A DNA stretch of 64,000 nt. It comes from Amoebophrya sp. A120 (lineage: Eukaryota > Protista > Dinoflagellata). Positions 35,900 through 50,100 of the stretch are shown here, piece by piece. Every line of letters begins with the position of its first letter. Position 1 is the stretch's first letter. The notes below the pieces were generated by a model. It made no database searches. It saw only the letters and a program-made list of their open reading frames with translations, and was not told where the DNA came from. The DNA is taken from contig CAJINV010000002.1 of assembly GCA_905178155.1 (NCBI GenBank), positions 1 to 64,000 on the forward strand, in the 5' to 3' direction. The position numbers and the translations under genes were made by a program.

Positions 35900-38800
35900 T
35901 CCTAGAAGAGTGCGACAAACGAAGTAGTAGAGGGCGTTGGTTTTATTTGCGGTCGAAAAAGTAGATGCTCTTTTCTCGCGAATCAAAAGTCACTTCCACC
36001 AAGCTATCAAAGATAAAAAACACATCGGCCGCACTAGCGGTAGAGAAGGCTCGCCTCTTCCTCCTCCGCTTCCTGTGCGTCTCCCTCCTCCTCCACCTCC
36101 TCCTCTTCTTGTATGGGGGTTCTCAAGCGTTACACTGATTGCTGTACACGTCATTTGTCATGGAAAATCTACCAGCCTCCAAAGGTTCAAGCTACCTTGA
36201 ATGGCAGGCAGTTCTCAAAGCGCAAAACGGCATGGACATCCGACGTTCCAGATTTTTCGCGCATGGCGCGCAATCCCCCTCCTTCAATTTTGCAATTTTG
36301 GAATAGCAAACTCATCATGCGTTAGCCGATATCATTCAATGCAACGCTTGAGAATTTCATATCAACATCTGCTTCCTCTTGATCTTTCTTTTCTTCAGCA
36401 TCACCCTCCTCAAATATGACAGTGCACAACTCCCCCTCCTCCTCATTTGTAATTGCAAAATCCCAAATCCAGCTGCTGCCTTCGCCTTGCAGCACTGTTT
36501 GCATGACAAGTCCTGGAAGCCCAAACAGCACTATTATCCAGCGCAAATCTGTCATGCAAAACCGGCACTCTTGCTGATGTTTGTATTGCCGTTCATGCTA
36601 TACAAATGAGGGGGAGGGGGAGTTGTGTACTGTCATATCAGCCTGCCTTTGTAGTTTCAGCCAGTTGGATGCCCGGTGCTTCTGCGCGATTTCGTATCAA
36701 AACAAAAAATCCCCGCTCGTCCCGGTGCTGAAGTGGAAATCTTGTGACAATGCAGATTTGTTCTTGTTGGCATGTTCTTGTAGTGTCATAAGTCAAAGTG
36801 CAGATTTGTGTTGCGCCAGGACAGCTACAACATCACAGGCTCCTACTATCTGCTCTGTTCAGGAGGTGTACTAAAACAGCACCAGTCCAGGCATCGGGCA
36901 TGACAGAGGAGGACGTGGTGGCCGGGCGGTCCCCACCTCTGCTGTGGCTCACACGCAACACAAATTGCCGATAAAATACTGGTGTTGTATGCAAGACGAA
37001 ACTGTGTGAACAAGTTAGGTTTTGCGCCCACAAAGTCGCTTCGTTGGTAACCTATTCCACTCTGAGTACTACAACTATCATGGAGAGAGAGGATTTTTTT
37101 CTCGCCATACCTGTGTGTTTGAGTATTCATGAAGATGCCGCTCGGTACCAGTTTGGAACAGAACACTATTTCCCATATAACTAAGACGCAAACTAAAATC
37201 AATGAACAAGGTCAAAGGTTGAAGGGAAGGCCAGGAGGTAGTATTGACCGATCGAGCAAGATGAAAAAGATTCGAAATTATACCAAAGAAAAGTCCTGCC
37301 AGGGAATTTGGTAATATTTTTCCGGCTCGCCGACGAAGACTATGCTCACTTCCTTCTTGTCAATATCCTGAGCGAAAAGAACGTTTGTACCCCAGCAGTG
37401 TTGTCATGCATATTTCATCCCCGACGTGCATGCCCAGGCTGTCGTGTCTCATGCGCAGGACGAGTCCCATGAAGAGCATTCATTTCTCATGCTGCCTGCT
37501 GGATCTGGCAGGACTTCTCATGCTCTAATCAGACTTTAAGGAACTTTTACGATATTTGTGATGTGACTTCAACAGCCAACCACGACTACACTTGTATGCT
37601 TCACCAGAGCACAAGCGAGTGGATTTGTGCAGGGGGATTCCCATCTCGCCTCTGGGGTGGAGACGTTATTATTCCAGAGGATAGCTGTGGTCACTGTCCG
37701 CGACGTGAAACTCCTTGGTGAGCATCCAATCTTCCACCTTTCCCGTTGGGCCTTTTTTGTCGACCATGCAATCGGGTAATTTGACGAAACATTTGCCGTT
37801 TTCGTAGGCTTCTTCCTCCTTGTCCTCGCGCTCCTTGTCCCTCAGGGCCCGCTCTGGTTGTTTCGGCCAGTAGAGGCTCTGGCGCAACTTGCTGCTAATG
37901 TCGACCTCCAAAATAAAGTCTTCATCCGTTGCGCTCTCGGTGGCCGACTGCTGCACCGGCTGTCCCTGGACCGGCGGCTGGGTTTCTTGCAGCGGTTGTG
38001 GCGTCCCCGTGTCGTCCAGGCCGAAAATTCGGACGTGCTGGAGATCCGGTTCATCCGCAACCAAATTTGACAGCAAGGCCTCGCGGGTCTCGTACGGGTG
38101 ATCTTGTTTCAGGTCGGTTGTCCAGAACTCTTCCAGCGCAGTATCGTTTGCCAGCGAGTAGTCCGCTGCGATTCCGTATCAACTGCAACTATGTCTGTGT
38201 CTCTGGAATAAAAACGTAAACGAGTGGAACCACATGTTTTGGTTGTCTTGCATTTCGCGTGCCAAATCTTTATTGCATGTAGGATAAACAACAAGAAGAT
38301 GAAAAGTAGTGTCGCCTGTTTTGTCATGCAAGAATACAGTTTGTAGTGTGTGTGAAACACCACGAGAAAGCTACGTGCTACGAATTCGTCATGCTTGAAT
38401 GCTCTACAGAGGTTGTTCAAAAAATAAGTACTCCCATTCCGCATCACAAATTTCCAGACCCAGCCATTTTTGCGTTTGATAGCTGGATGCCCGGCTCCTC
38501 ATCCTGCACCGACTCGCCGACGTCCTCCGCCTCCTCCCCGACGTCCTATGAACTGCAAAAGTATCGTACTCGTATAGAGGCATTACAAATTTTCTCAGCA
38601 TGAGTTGAAATGAAATTTGTAATGCGGATTTAGCTTCAGAATCAGAAAAAAAATTGTCATGCATTTATACGAGTACGATACTTTTGCACAGGATACGTCC
38701 TCCTCCTCGACAAAATCCAGATCTTCATCCCGTCCCGGGCTTATGCATTGCAAACATGTTGGCCTCTGAGTCGGATAGAGAAGTGGGATGAACCTGTGAT

Positions 38801-41800
38801 GCGCATTTTTCCGAATGAAGCACGCATTTGTCATGCATGACACAACGGTTGATCCTCGGCATAATATATTACTGTGTTTCAAAAAGTGTCTTCTCACGAC
38901 AGCACTAGTGACGTACGATTGCCGGCTTCTAGTTGCAAGCTTCAATTTGTCATGCGTTGCACGGCAGTGCAGTTTGCTACCGCTTTATCTTTAGTGTCAT
39001 TGAGCCAGTGCCAGCATGAAAAGCATCCAGTAGACCCAGAGCACTACACGTTTGTAATGCGTATGGCCGTTGTACGCAACGCCACCCACCTCGCCCGGCG
39101 CCGGGGCACTTACGTTGTCGTCCTGGTGCTGCAGGACACTCCCCTCGTCCTCCAGGTTCTGATCCTCGTCCTCCAGGTTCTGATCTTCTTCTTTTTCGGG
39201 GGAGGGCGTGAGCTCCAGGTTGTTGCCGTGGTCGTATCGTGAGAAGAAATTCCCCAATCCCATGGTACCCAAAAGCAAAATTTGTGATGCAGATTTGCGG
39301 CAAGAAATCCGTTCTGTCTTGCAAGAAGGCAAGTGCAGAGGTGCGCCCCGAATCATGGAGGCTGTTCGTCATGCTGTTGGGCTCGTCACAGGGGAAGCGT
39401 TTGTCATGCTAAACAACTAGGTCCTGACGCCCGTGAGCAGGATAACGATCTGGCTGCAGGTCCTTACAGCAAGACAGACCCTATCTGTGTACGCAAATCC
39501 AGCATCACAAACTCTTTTTTTTGTTTGACATGGGGAGGGGGAATTCGTTTTCATCTTGATAGGTCGTTGATAATAGCTTGCGCACGAGCCGGTAACATAT
39601 CCCTTGGAAAGAACACGTCCCCCACTCCAGATTTGTGATGCAAATCGGCATATCGAAAATGGTTCTTAGCCTCAACGTGCGCAAGAGAATTAATTTTCTA
39701 TATCCAAGCTGGGAACATCAACTACAATTTGTCATGCACTAATTAGAACAAGATATATTGATGGATTTGTGATGCGGCTAACCTTGTCATGCACCAGTTG
39801 CAAAACGTCCGGATTTGTCTAGCAGGGTCGGTTGGGGGCGTCTTTACAAAGAATATGGCAATGCAGTCTGTTGTCGAACTGAAAGAAGGTGCTCGCCTTC
39901 CAGAAAAATAGCAAAGTGTTTTTTTGTATTGCGAAACCTCCGTATGGAATATCACTCCTTCTCTATCGGCGGGTTTCATCCGCATTTTAAAGTACAAACG
40001 TGTGACTTGGAATGATAAAAATGCTGCACACGGAGTTCTTTCCATGTAGGAAATTTAGCAAGACATCAAACACTTTCCCTTGCTGAGGCAGGAGCAGGTT
40101 TCAGTTACATACCCTTTGGAAGCTATCCATTTTATACTTATTGTACACAGAAGATGAAGATCAGGGAGTTTTACAATGGTAGTAGTATCAACAAGTAGAA
40201 ATCATACACGAAGAGAGCAAACAAGTAGTATCAACAAGTAGAAATACACGAGAAGGGTGCGTATTTTGTAAGACAATATAGAGATTACACCGCAGAACCG
40301 AAGATAATGTACTCAAGAAGAAGATATGAGACAATCGCAGAAGAGGATGTGAGACAATCACAAAAGATATGCGAGCTTTGACTTCAATCCCTGAATTCAG
40401 TCGTAGTTTTAACAAGCAACATCATGCCCCGCGTCGTGGTGCACAACCAGTGTTGGAAACTCAATCGTCAAGATGAAACACAGGGTTCTACCTGCGACTG
40501 CAGGAGGCAAGAGCATATACAACTGAAGGCATACACTATACTCGTTGCTCCTTGCGCCGCGCAACACAAATATCCGGTAGTACAAGCAAGTACTTAATAT
40601 CTTCCTCACGCCCGCTTCTATTGTCGAATAGATCCTTTCGCACATCATCATCGTAAACCGTTTCTGTGGGGGGGGAAGCATCCTCAGACTAGATCCTTTT
40701 CTCCTGTGGAGAGTCAACAACTACGTAGATCTTTTTCTCCTCATCTTCTCCAGGTTTACAGCCCATGTGGATTGGGAAACAGAGATCTTTTTTTCTTGTC
40801 AAGCCGCTCGTGTGAGGCAGAAGATCAGGTGGCGGAAAATGTAACAACTCTGCGAGAAATTGAAATATTAAGTACTTCGGACTTGAACTGTACGCATCGC
40901 CCGTTAGTACGTTCATTTTTCCTGTTTCACAGTGGAGAACAAAGACCACTAAGAGGGCCCACGGACTTCACTCCAATGCCACCTTCCTCTTCCCATGTAT
41001 TCACAAGCTCACGCAGCCACCGGTCAGGCGATTGCTTTATTTTCCTTTTGAAAAGTTGTCTCCTTCAGTCTACAGCATAGCGCATTTTATCTTGCCGTTG
41101 TAGTTTGTTGATTTCAGTAGCGAGGCGGTAGTAGGATCACTTTGTGGAAGCTGTGAAAAGCTGACACTATCCTTGTTTCGTAAATCAAGTGTTGAAAAAA
41201 AAGAAGGCGACTCTGCCCGGATGTGAAAAAAAAGAAAGCGAATCTTCGCACGTTGGGACTTTCACCCGGGCGAGAGAGTTTCTTGCAAGCATCATCGTCA
41301 TCATTTATCCTGCACTAGGGGGGGACGTGCGGAGGGCCAGACCCGTTGGATCTGGTTTTTGGTCTTCTTCCACTTCTCCTCTTCTTCTTCTTGTCTTTCT
41401 CCAGTCCTCCACAATGCCTTCAGATCCTCCAGACGTCCCCTGTAACGTGGAAAAGTCCCGCCCTCGTACACTGCATGCAGCAGAAAACCCTGTGTAGAAG
41501 CAAGTACCAAGACATTAGTATGCCACGCAATCCTTTTTCGAAACAAAAGAAATTAGTGTGCCAAAACTCTGCCACCTCCGTCCTAGCGATATCAATACCA
41601 TTTATCCCTATCTAGAATATTACAGCTGTTGGCTTGGATTACACATGCAAGGTAGATACAGCATCCCCTTAATATCGACAGTGCTTCCGTAACATGCTGC
41701 GGGACAAGAGCAAGTTTAGCAGTCTGGATATTTTCCTTGTGTCGCCGGTATGCACCGAAATAAATATATCTGGGTCCGGCAGGATGCAAACTTGCGATGC

Positions 41801-43920
41801 CGCATCTAAATTCTAAAAAAAAGAATCTGTGTTGCATGAGCAGCACGTGGGGGTCAGGTTTTCTCTACGAAGAGGGGATTTCTCATGCGGGAGAAACATC
41901 AAAAATACATCAAGAAATCTGTGCCACGACGGCACGCATCATAGTCATGCGCCTCATGGAAAACATGCATGGCAGTCGTCGCACTTTTCCCGACCCAGAG
42001 ACATTTGCGATTGATACCCGTCTCGATGAGTTTTTTCAGTTGGTCCAGGTTGTGCTCTCTATACCGCTTCTGGTCCGCCGATTCCTGTTGTGGTTTCGTT
42101 TGCCGAAAGACGATGATCTCGCCCGGTCGGGTTTCGTCCTTTTTCGTTTGCAGTCGTGTGTAGGAGCGCAGGAGCTCGCGCTCCGCAACCTTCTTACTAT
42201 GGAACGAAAAAAGTTTGTCACGGCCACTCGTACGCATTTTTGCAATACAAAAATGTTTGTCATGCGTAGAAAGACATGCATCATGGTCCAACTGCATTTA
42301 TACGGGACGTATCTTGTGTTTGTGCAATCCAAGAAAAATCTGCCATGCTAAAAGGTTCACTCATAAAAAGCCTGCTAGTCAGTGACTGCTACGAAGAACT
42401 TTTTCCACTCCATACCTACCCGCCTGGGTGTAGTACGACTTCGACAGCAGCGCTGTCGGTTTTGGAGTCGAGACGCTTCGTCTGGCTTGATTGTCCTTCC
42501 CCTTTCCGTTGTTCTCGTCCTTTTTCGAATTCTTATTCTTTTTTTTCTCCTGCTCCTTACCTTTCAGTTTCAAGTCCTTATTGCTCAGGTTGTTATCGTC
42601 ATGATCAGCGACACATGCATTGCAAATGTGTCTGGGCCGACTTGAAACTTGTCATACTATGTGGGGAATCCGAATCGGAATCACACGGAGAGCTTCAGTG
42701 ATAGCCAAGCATGACAAATTGTTGTTCAAAAAACTTGCCAGGCAAGATAGAAAACATGCGTCTTGCATTACAGAGAAGCGTGGCTTTGAGTTGAGAACCG
42801 TGCTAGCACTGCATGACAAGCCTTTCACTCTTCCAGCCCTAGACATATTTGCTTTTGATAGTACAGCTGCAGTCCTGGACTGGTTCTGCACTGCCGCGCT
42901 CGAGGACTGGTTCTGCACTGCCGCTCTCGGTTCCGGGGGTCGTGCCGGTGCACTGCGGGAACGGAAGCTGTGCAATGTAAAAGCTGTGCTAGTGCAGGTT
43001 TCATCTACTTGGTGTGAGAGCATCTGTCTTAATGGCACAGGTTTAATCTGTGATGCTCTGTTTGACAGAGAAAAGCCTGTGGCGTAAAAACAAGTAGCTA
43101 GTATGTGAAGCCCAAAACATAGCGGGTGAAGAGATCATTTTCCAAAAGGTACTAGCGAGCATGACAAGGGTGTTGCTACATGTTCGCGTTGCTACAATCT
43201 GCATTACAGACGAGGTCGCAGTTTACTCTAGAACAACTTTTTTTCTTGCATAAGGAGGTGCGTCGTCCGCCAGAAGATCATCTTCTTCGTCCTCGACCGG
43301 AGTTTATGAACGCGACAATTGCTTCACTGAAATAAACTTGTAAATGCAAAGAACGGCACACAGAAGCATGTGTCTTCTAGCTACGCATGCTACACCTTGT
43401 CCTTGAGTATCTAGCTACGTTTCTCCCCGGGGGAAACGCACATCATGGCAAGTTTTCTCACTTTCATTTCCTGGTGAAGAACAACCTTCGTCGATGCAAA
43501 ACTTGTATAAAGCCTTGCAGTGAAACACTTTTTTCGTACGATAGAGTGGAGGACGACTTTTCACCGGCGGGAGAGGACTTGTTGGTACACTTACCCGGCT
43601 ATCAACTGCAAATAGGTCTGGGATGCTAGAAATAAAAAGGAGGTGAAGATGCTGCTATTTCTTGGAGATTCACAAGGACCCCTCAGAAACAAGAGGGAAA
43701 GCAATACAAAAATGTGAATTGCTCCTGGTAGCTGCAGCTGTTGTTGATCATTATTGCACATAACACGTTGCATTTCTGCATCATAGTATCTATTAAAGTT
43801 GGGCCCGCGTCGTGACAAGCACAACCTGATGGCCCATGCTTTCATCATCCCCATGACAAATTCTTCCTGACCGCCTGGACTGATTTGCAGATCGTACTGG
43901 CGTGCTGGCCGTGGGTTTAG
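35900..43920 (-). CDS. Multi-exon hypothetical protein(s), unresolved
   Basis: Protein-like minus-strand exons between introners, e.g. ~37675-38176 (LLSNLVADEPDLQHVRIFGLDD...), ~39063-39234 (acidic) and ~42017-42200 (KVAERELLRSYTRLQTKK...). Confidence 0.4.
36415..36637. mobile_element. Introner, family F (~37-bp TIR TATGACAGT.CACAACTCCCCCTCC.CCTCATTTGTA)
   Basis: Near-perfect long TIR; TSD TCAAA/TCAGC. Confidence 0.85.
38547..38695. mobile_element. Introner, family D
   Basis: Long TIR; perfect TSD CGTCC. Confidence 0.9.
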
Positions 43921-43929
43921 GGTTGCTAG

Positions 43930-44191
43930 TATCAAATGCAAATGTGTCTGGGTCTGGAAGAGTGCCAGACTTGTCATGCAGGTTTTCCATGGCCCATGCG
44001 GTCTGGTATGTAGGACATAGCATGACAGATTCTGTGAGAGGTGTATCATGGCTATCCTGCATGAGAAACCGCCTCTCGATGAGGTCAAAAGTGGCCAGCT
44101 TTCGGTAATCATGCAACACAGATTTTTGCATGATTCAGATTTAGCATAACAAGTTACCTTCTTCCAGACCCAGACATTTTTGGATTTGATA
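43930..44191. mobile_element. Introner, family A (close paralogue of 63041-63307)
   Basis: TIRs; interior nearly collinear with 63041-63307. Confidence 0.9.
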
Positions 44192-47100
44192 TATTGCGGA
44201 GCTGAACATCAGCATCTGGTCGTCGTCGTCGTCGTTTCCATCTTGGCGGTATCAAATGTAAAAATGTCTGGGTCTGGAAGGTTACAAGGTTTGTCATGCA
44301 TATTTTGCATGAGTCAGGATGTCTGTAATGCATGATCTAGCATCACATATTTTTAGAGGCCTTCCTGATGCCTCTCCCGCATGACAAATGCCCTCCCCGC
44401 GCAGCACAACCTGGGCTCCTCTTGCTGGTCATGCAATACAGATTTTCTTAGCGTCCAAAGCTAGCATCACAAGTTCCAACCTTCCAGACCCAGACATTTT
44501 TACATGTGATAGGCGGTCCAACAGCGGCTTCTTCGTCGTCGGTCCGGGCCTTGTCGCGCAGGAAAAATGCTGTAGTCCCGCGGTCCGGCGGAAATCAAAC
44601 GCTGTTCTCGTGCGGGAAAGATAGAGGACTTTCTAAACGGTATGTTTTGGATGAACTCGACATATTTTTAGCGAGGACCACGATTCGCATTTTTTCTCAA
44701 AGAACAACTATTCGCATGACAAATCTGATAAATGCGATTTTATGAACATCCAAACCTGCGTTTGATTTGGTTTTCGTCACGGGAAGACTAGAGTTGTTTC
44801 TATGGTGGATAAAAACCGCATGCGATGACGACGACGCTGCTCCCGGCGGCGAGCGCTGTAGCAAAGAACCTGACGGAACGGAAGTTTAGTATTTCAATAA
44901 GCCCAGGATCGGGTCGTTTATCCTTAAGACGAAAATAAATTAAAGAAAATTATAGCTTACTGCACATGCGATGCACTGCCTGATAGGGATGCTTTCATTT
45001 TCCTCGAACCACAAACACCAAAGAATCTGCGATTTCTGCTGGAGTACTTCGATATACAATGGTGAGTACATAATAACTATTGCAATTGGTAAAAAGAAAG
45101 TACTTCTATACGTTTAATCACATTGCTCTTCCCGGTCCCAGGCCCACTGCTGACGTCGCCCGGCGGTGGCGCTGGCGGTGGGTCCACTTCCTCTGCGATG
45201 GTCTCTTCCTGGCGCAGCGAGCGAAATGTGGCGAGTATCACATTGAAAAGTCCACCCGCCTCACAATGTGAAAGCCTTTGCAGTGCAGAAGTGCCAAGGG
45301 AAACACTTTTTTTATGTATCAGCAGGGCGGAAAATAATATGAAATTTGCAAGCCATGGCAGCAAAGGGCTGCGTTGCTGCACAGCGCCGCAGCGCAAGCA
45401 ATTTCTGTAGTCATTTTGACATTGCATTACAAAGATAACGTAGTTCCGGTGCTAAAATAAAGTGCGCCGCGTTCGTGTCTTGCAGGGGAAAATAGTTTCC
45501 CATGTGGAAAGCTCACGCGATGCAACCTGTTCGGCATTCTGGTAGAGGGGCATTTTTCAGTGTGATAGCGAACGGCTTCACCAAGTTTTCCTCAAAGTCG
45601 TCCTGGAGATCCGGGGACAACGGTTCGTCGATTATCAAGTGCAAATGTGCCTGGGTCTGGAAGGTTGCAACCTGTCATGCACATTTTAGATCATACAAAA
45701 ATTTGTCTTGCATAAACAGGCAGCGTCGTGGCCTCTTTTTTGCCAGCACGGGGAGAGCGGGCTTCTGATGCAGAGGAGGTCTCGTGAGGCTCTCGAAGAA
45801 CCTGTGACGCTGGTCCCTGCATGCCAGAAGATGCTCTGGGTCTTTCAAAACCTGCATTACAAACGTTTACACCCACCCAGACCCAGACATATTTGCAGTT
45901 GATATCTTTGCCAGGCGACAGTGCGCGGAGGTAGACCCTGGTATCCTACGGAAAAATATTAGCACGACCCCACTTCTTTAATTATGTGAACCAGTAACGA
46001 CTGATACCCCCATAATATATTTGTATGCCAGTACACGAAGGACCCTGCCCCTTCCTGTCCTAGAACAAACGCCGCATAAAAATCGCCAGTGCATATAAAG
46101 TGGCCATTTTGTCTGGCCCCTTCTGGTCCCGCCGGACCCTTCCAGCACTGGCCCGGCCGTCAAGTACGGGGCCCCCTGTAACTACTGGGGGCCCCGTACG
46201 CAACTGGTCCTACGATGCCCCTGCGCCCTCGTTTTATATTGCCCTGGTTTTGTCCGACTGCGACACGCAGCTGCGTAACCAAAACAAAACAACCACTCAG
46301 TGAAAAACATTGAAGAAGAGCTACGCCTCGGTCCTCTCCACTTTAAATCAGTAGACTCAGCAGCAAGAGCGCTAAGGAGCGAGAGAGTTCTGTTAGCTAC
46401 CAAATCGCGCACGCGAAACACCCTCGGTCCCTGTATGTTTTCACTCGAAACGCCGCCTGCAAGCGCAGCCCCGCCGCCTGCTAACAAAATATCGATCCGC
46501 AAGAGGTCTCCACCGCGCGCGCGCCGCTAGTTTTGATCACGCTACTGCTGGTGGAATACACAACGCAGCCAGGTCCCAAGCGTAGCACACAGCTATCAGA
46601 GAGCAACAGCTCGCAACCCACAGCTATCAAGCATAATTTTTCTCGCGCACCCGTAGACAAGGAAAGTAGACACACATTTTAAAAGCAAGCACTGGAGGTG
46701 AAAAATAGGCAGTATTTCATACACAGCTAGTATCTACGTATCTATACACAAGCAAGGTCTTATACACAGGCAGCACTCACATCGATCAGAACTTACGCAT
46801 ACAAGCTTTGCACATCGGCACCGATATACCAGCGCCGACGTCGTATCTGAAGGCGTTATTAATTAGCATTAAGTGGCAGCAATAGAAATATCGTGAAAAA
46901 AGCAACTATTCAGAGGGAAGCAGCAGAAGCAAAAAAAGTATAATCTTTGGGCGGGACAGCACACACAGGAAAAACATTTTGGGAAGGGGTGCACACCCAT
47001 ATTTTTTGCATCTGAGCAGTAGTGGAGTATCAGCAAAATGACTACTGCAAACGAAATGAACCAGCAGGAGGTCGCGGAAGGCCTCCAGGAATGGGCCGCG

Positions 47101-50100
47101 AGCCCGCTCGCGTCGTTCATGACCGAGTTTGAAGAAAATTTTCTAGGTGACCGCGCCGGCCCGGGCGCGTGGGAGGGGGAAAACCCCCCGCCGGCCACGC
47201 CGGCAACGGGGAAGGTTTTGCTAGAGATGCAGCGGAAGTGGGAGGGCTTGCAGGCCTCGGCCACAGCCCACGCCATCGCCGCGGACGCGTCCTTTTCGGA
47301 TGCCGAGCGGTCCGCCTGGGCGCGGGTTGAGTTTGCCGGCCCCGGGGCGGCGGTTTCCGCTCGGCTGCAGGCTTTCGCAGCCCGCGTGCGGGAAAAGGCT
47401 GCTTGGGCAGTCACCGTAGACGGCCTCAGCGGGGCGGGCTACGCACGAGATTTTCTCGTGCGGGCCCCGTGGCTGCGCTCCTTGTCGGAGCGCCAGAGCA
47501 GCTGGTTAGAAAAACTGCGGGCGCAATTTAGCCTGCAGCTACCGGAGCCCACTCCTTTCCCGGACGAGGCGCCGGGAGGAGCGGTGGTTCCGGTTGGAGG
47601 TAGCAGCAGCGGCGACGCCGGGCCGCCCGGCGCCTCTTTGGCGTCTGCCGTTTCGGCTGCGCCGGCTCCGGCCCCGCCGGTTGCGCCACCAGTGCCCGCC
47701 CACGACGCCAGCAACTGGGACTGGGCGGAGATTTACAGATTGCGCGCTGGGGTTGCCGCCGGCCACCTACTCACGGCGTTTCCGGAGGCGACGAGCTTCG
47801 CCTTCACCGTCAAGGTGGCTGGCCGGCAGGGCTACCGCCGCGAGGTCCAGCGGGGGGACCTCGGCGCGGCCCTACCGCGTTTGGCTGTGGACGCGCAGCA
47901 GCAGGGCGCGCATCTGTTCTTCTTGCCATTAGCGGCAGCAAAAGCGTTTGTCATGATAGACATCGACCACGCCGGCGCGCCGGCTCCCCCGGGTTTTCCG
48001 GCCGGCGCCGGGGAGCCGCGGCTGGTCACCGAGACCAGCGCGCAAAGGTTTCAGTTTTGGTATGTGGTTGACGCGCCGCCAGGGGAAGCCGTCGAACAGG
48101 TTCGGCGGCAGGTGTATGCTGACACAGCTGGCGTGGACGCCTCCGCCTGCCAGCGGGGGCAGGCCGGTCGCGTCCCGCTGACCACAAACCCAAAGCCCGC
48201 GGCGGGCGGCTTTGTCTGCCGGGTGCGAGTGGCGCAGGGCGCGGGCGAGATCGAAGCAGCGGGCTACCTTCGTTCTCGCCGCGGGTTCACGCCCGGCCAA
48301 CTCGCCATCTACGCCGCCCTCGGACAGGTTCCGCCGGCAGTTCCTACGGAGGCGCCGCCGCACAGTGGGGCCGCGGCGGCGGGTGTTTTGGTGGCTTCCG
48401 TTTCGCCCCCCGTTGTGCCCGCGGTGGTTCCGGGTGCGGCCAGTAGCCAGTCTGTTTTGCCGGTGGGAGGCCAGGCCGGGCCTCCGCCGGGCAAGGAGCC
48501 TGCAACAGACGTTGCGGATCTGTTGAGCGACGACCAAGACCCCGTCGCGAATGGCGACAGCCTGTCCCCGTCCACCAAGCGTCGGCGGACGGAAGCTGGC
48601 CTCGTTGCTGCTGTCAACGCGGCAGCCGGGGCTGCGAATGTCGCGGGCGCCCCGGCCGCAACTTCTTCGTCCGCGGGCCCGGCTGCCGTAGCGGCGGCTG
48701 CGGTAGCAAGCGAGGACTCCGTCGCAACACCGCCCTCCGCGCACGGGGGCGTGGGAGAGCAGTTGAGCGACGAGGGCGGGGAAGACGACAGTTGCAGTGT
48801 GGGACCAGATGAAGAGCTCGTTGCCGGCACCAAGCGTGCCCCCCGGGCTCTGAGCTGGCAGGAGATCGGGGACGCCCTCCGGGGAGAGCGCGCCGGGCAG
48901 CCATTGGTGCTGTCGCTCCGCACCAAAAAAAAGCGGTTTTGGTGGCGGAAGAACCGGCGCTGCTACCGCCTCAAGGTCGGGGCGTCCGCCGCGGACGCCG
49001 GCCAAGAGCGCGTGGAAATTCTCCGTGAGCCCACGGGCTGGCTCACCGTGCTGGAGAGCCCCGAGGAAGCGGCCGCCGCCGCAACAAAAATTCATGAAAT
49101 CGCGCACCGGGGGCGCGATGCCACGCATGCCGCCTTGCTGGAGGCTGGCTACTACGCGCCCAACGCCGCGCGGGTGTGCGGCGAGGTCGTCGCGCGTTGC
49201 CGCGTCTGTGCGGCGCGCGCGGTGGTCCCCGCCGCGCCGCCGCCGTACAGCGCTGCTGCACTTACGGCGGAGCACGGATCACTTTCCGATAAAGTTTATC
49301 GCAAGATCCACATAGATCGGAAAGTGATGCCCCGCTGCACGGTTTCCCCCACTGCCACAAACCCCACCCCCGGCCAGGCGGTTGCCATTTGTGGCGCCGT
49401 CTGTGCCGTCGGTGGGGAATTGTGGGCGGCCCCGGCAGCCAACAACTCCGCGGCTTGTACGCTTTTGGCGTACTCGCCGCTGGAGAGCAGCTGGGGGCTG
49501 CCGGAGCATGTGGTTTGCGACAACGGCACTGAGTGGGGTCTCCTCCTTTCGGAGTGGGGCTGCTCGGTGTCGTTTACGGAGCCGGGGCGGCCACAGGGCA
49601 ACGGGGCCATGGAGGTGGTTTGGGTCTCGTTGTCCAAAATCCTTTCGGCGTTGGCCCTGGAGTTTCCGGGGCAGTCGTGGGCTGACCTGCTTCCGCGGGC
49701 GGTGTTTCGGTATAATACCGCCCCAAAACCGTGGAAGCATGGTCAGTCCCCCTGGACATTCGTCCGGGGGTGTGCGCCGCACACACGACAGGCGCGGGCG
49801 GTGGCGGAGGCGCTCGCGCTTCCGCAGCCGCCGGCCTCGCCGGAGGCCCCGGCTGCCGCCGCAGCTGGGGAGGAGGTGCCGCCCGACGCGGGCGCGGCGC
49901 TCGCCGCTCGCCCGCCCGCAAGCAGCTCCCCGCCGGCAGCTGCCCCACTGCGGGCGCCTTCGCCTCCGGTGGTTGTCGCTCCCGCGGCGCCGCCAAGCCC
50001 GGTGCCGCAGGCGGTGCCGCCGCGGTCCGCGGCGTTGGCGGCGTTGCGGGACGTCGCCAACGAGCGGGCCATGGCTGAGGCGGAGAGGCGCGTGCGCAGG

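Noticed and set aside
44512-44870. In-frame TGA/TAG in these exons
   Set aside because: All three frames are plausible, so they were not used as evidence.
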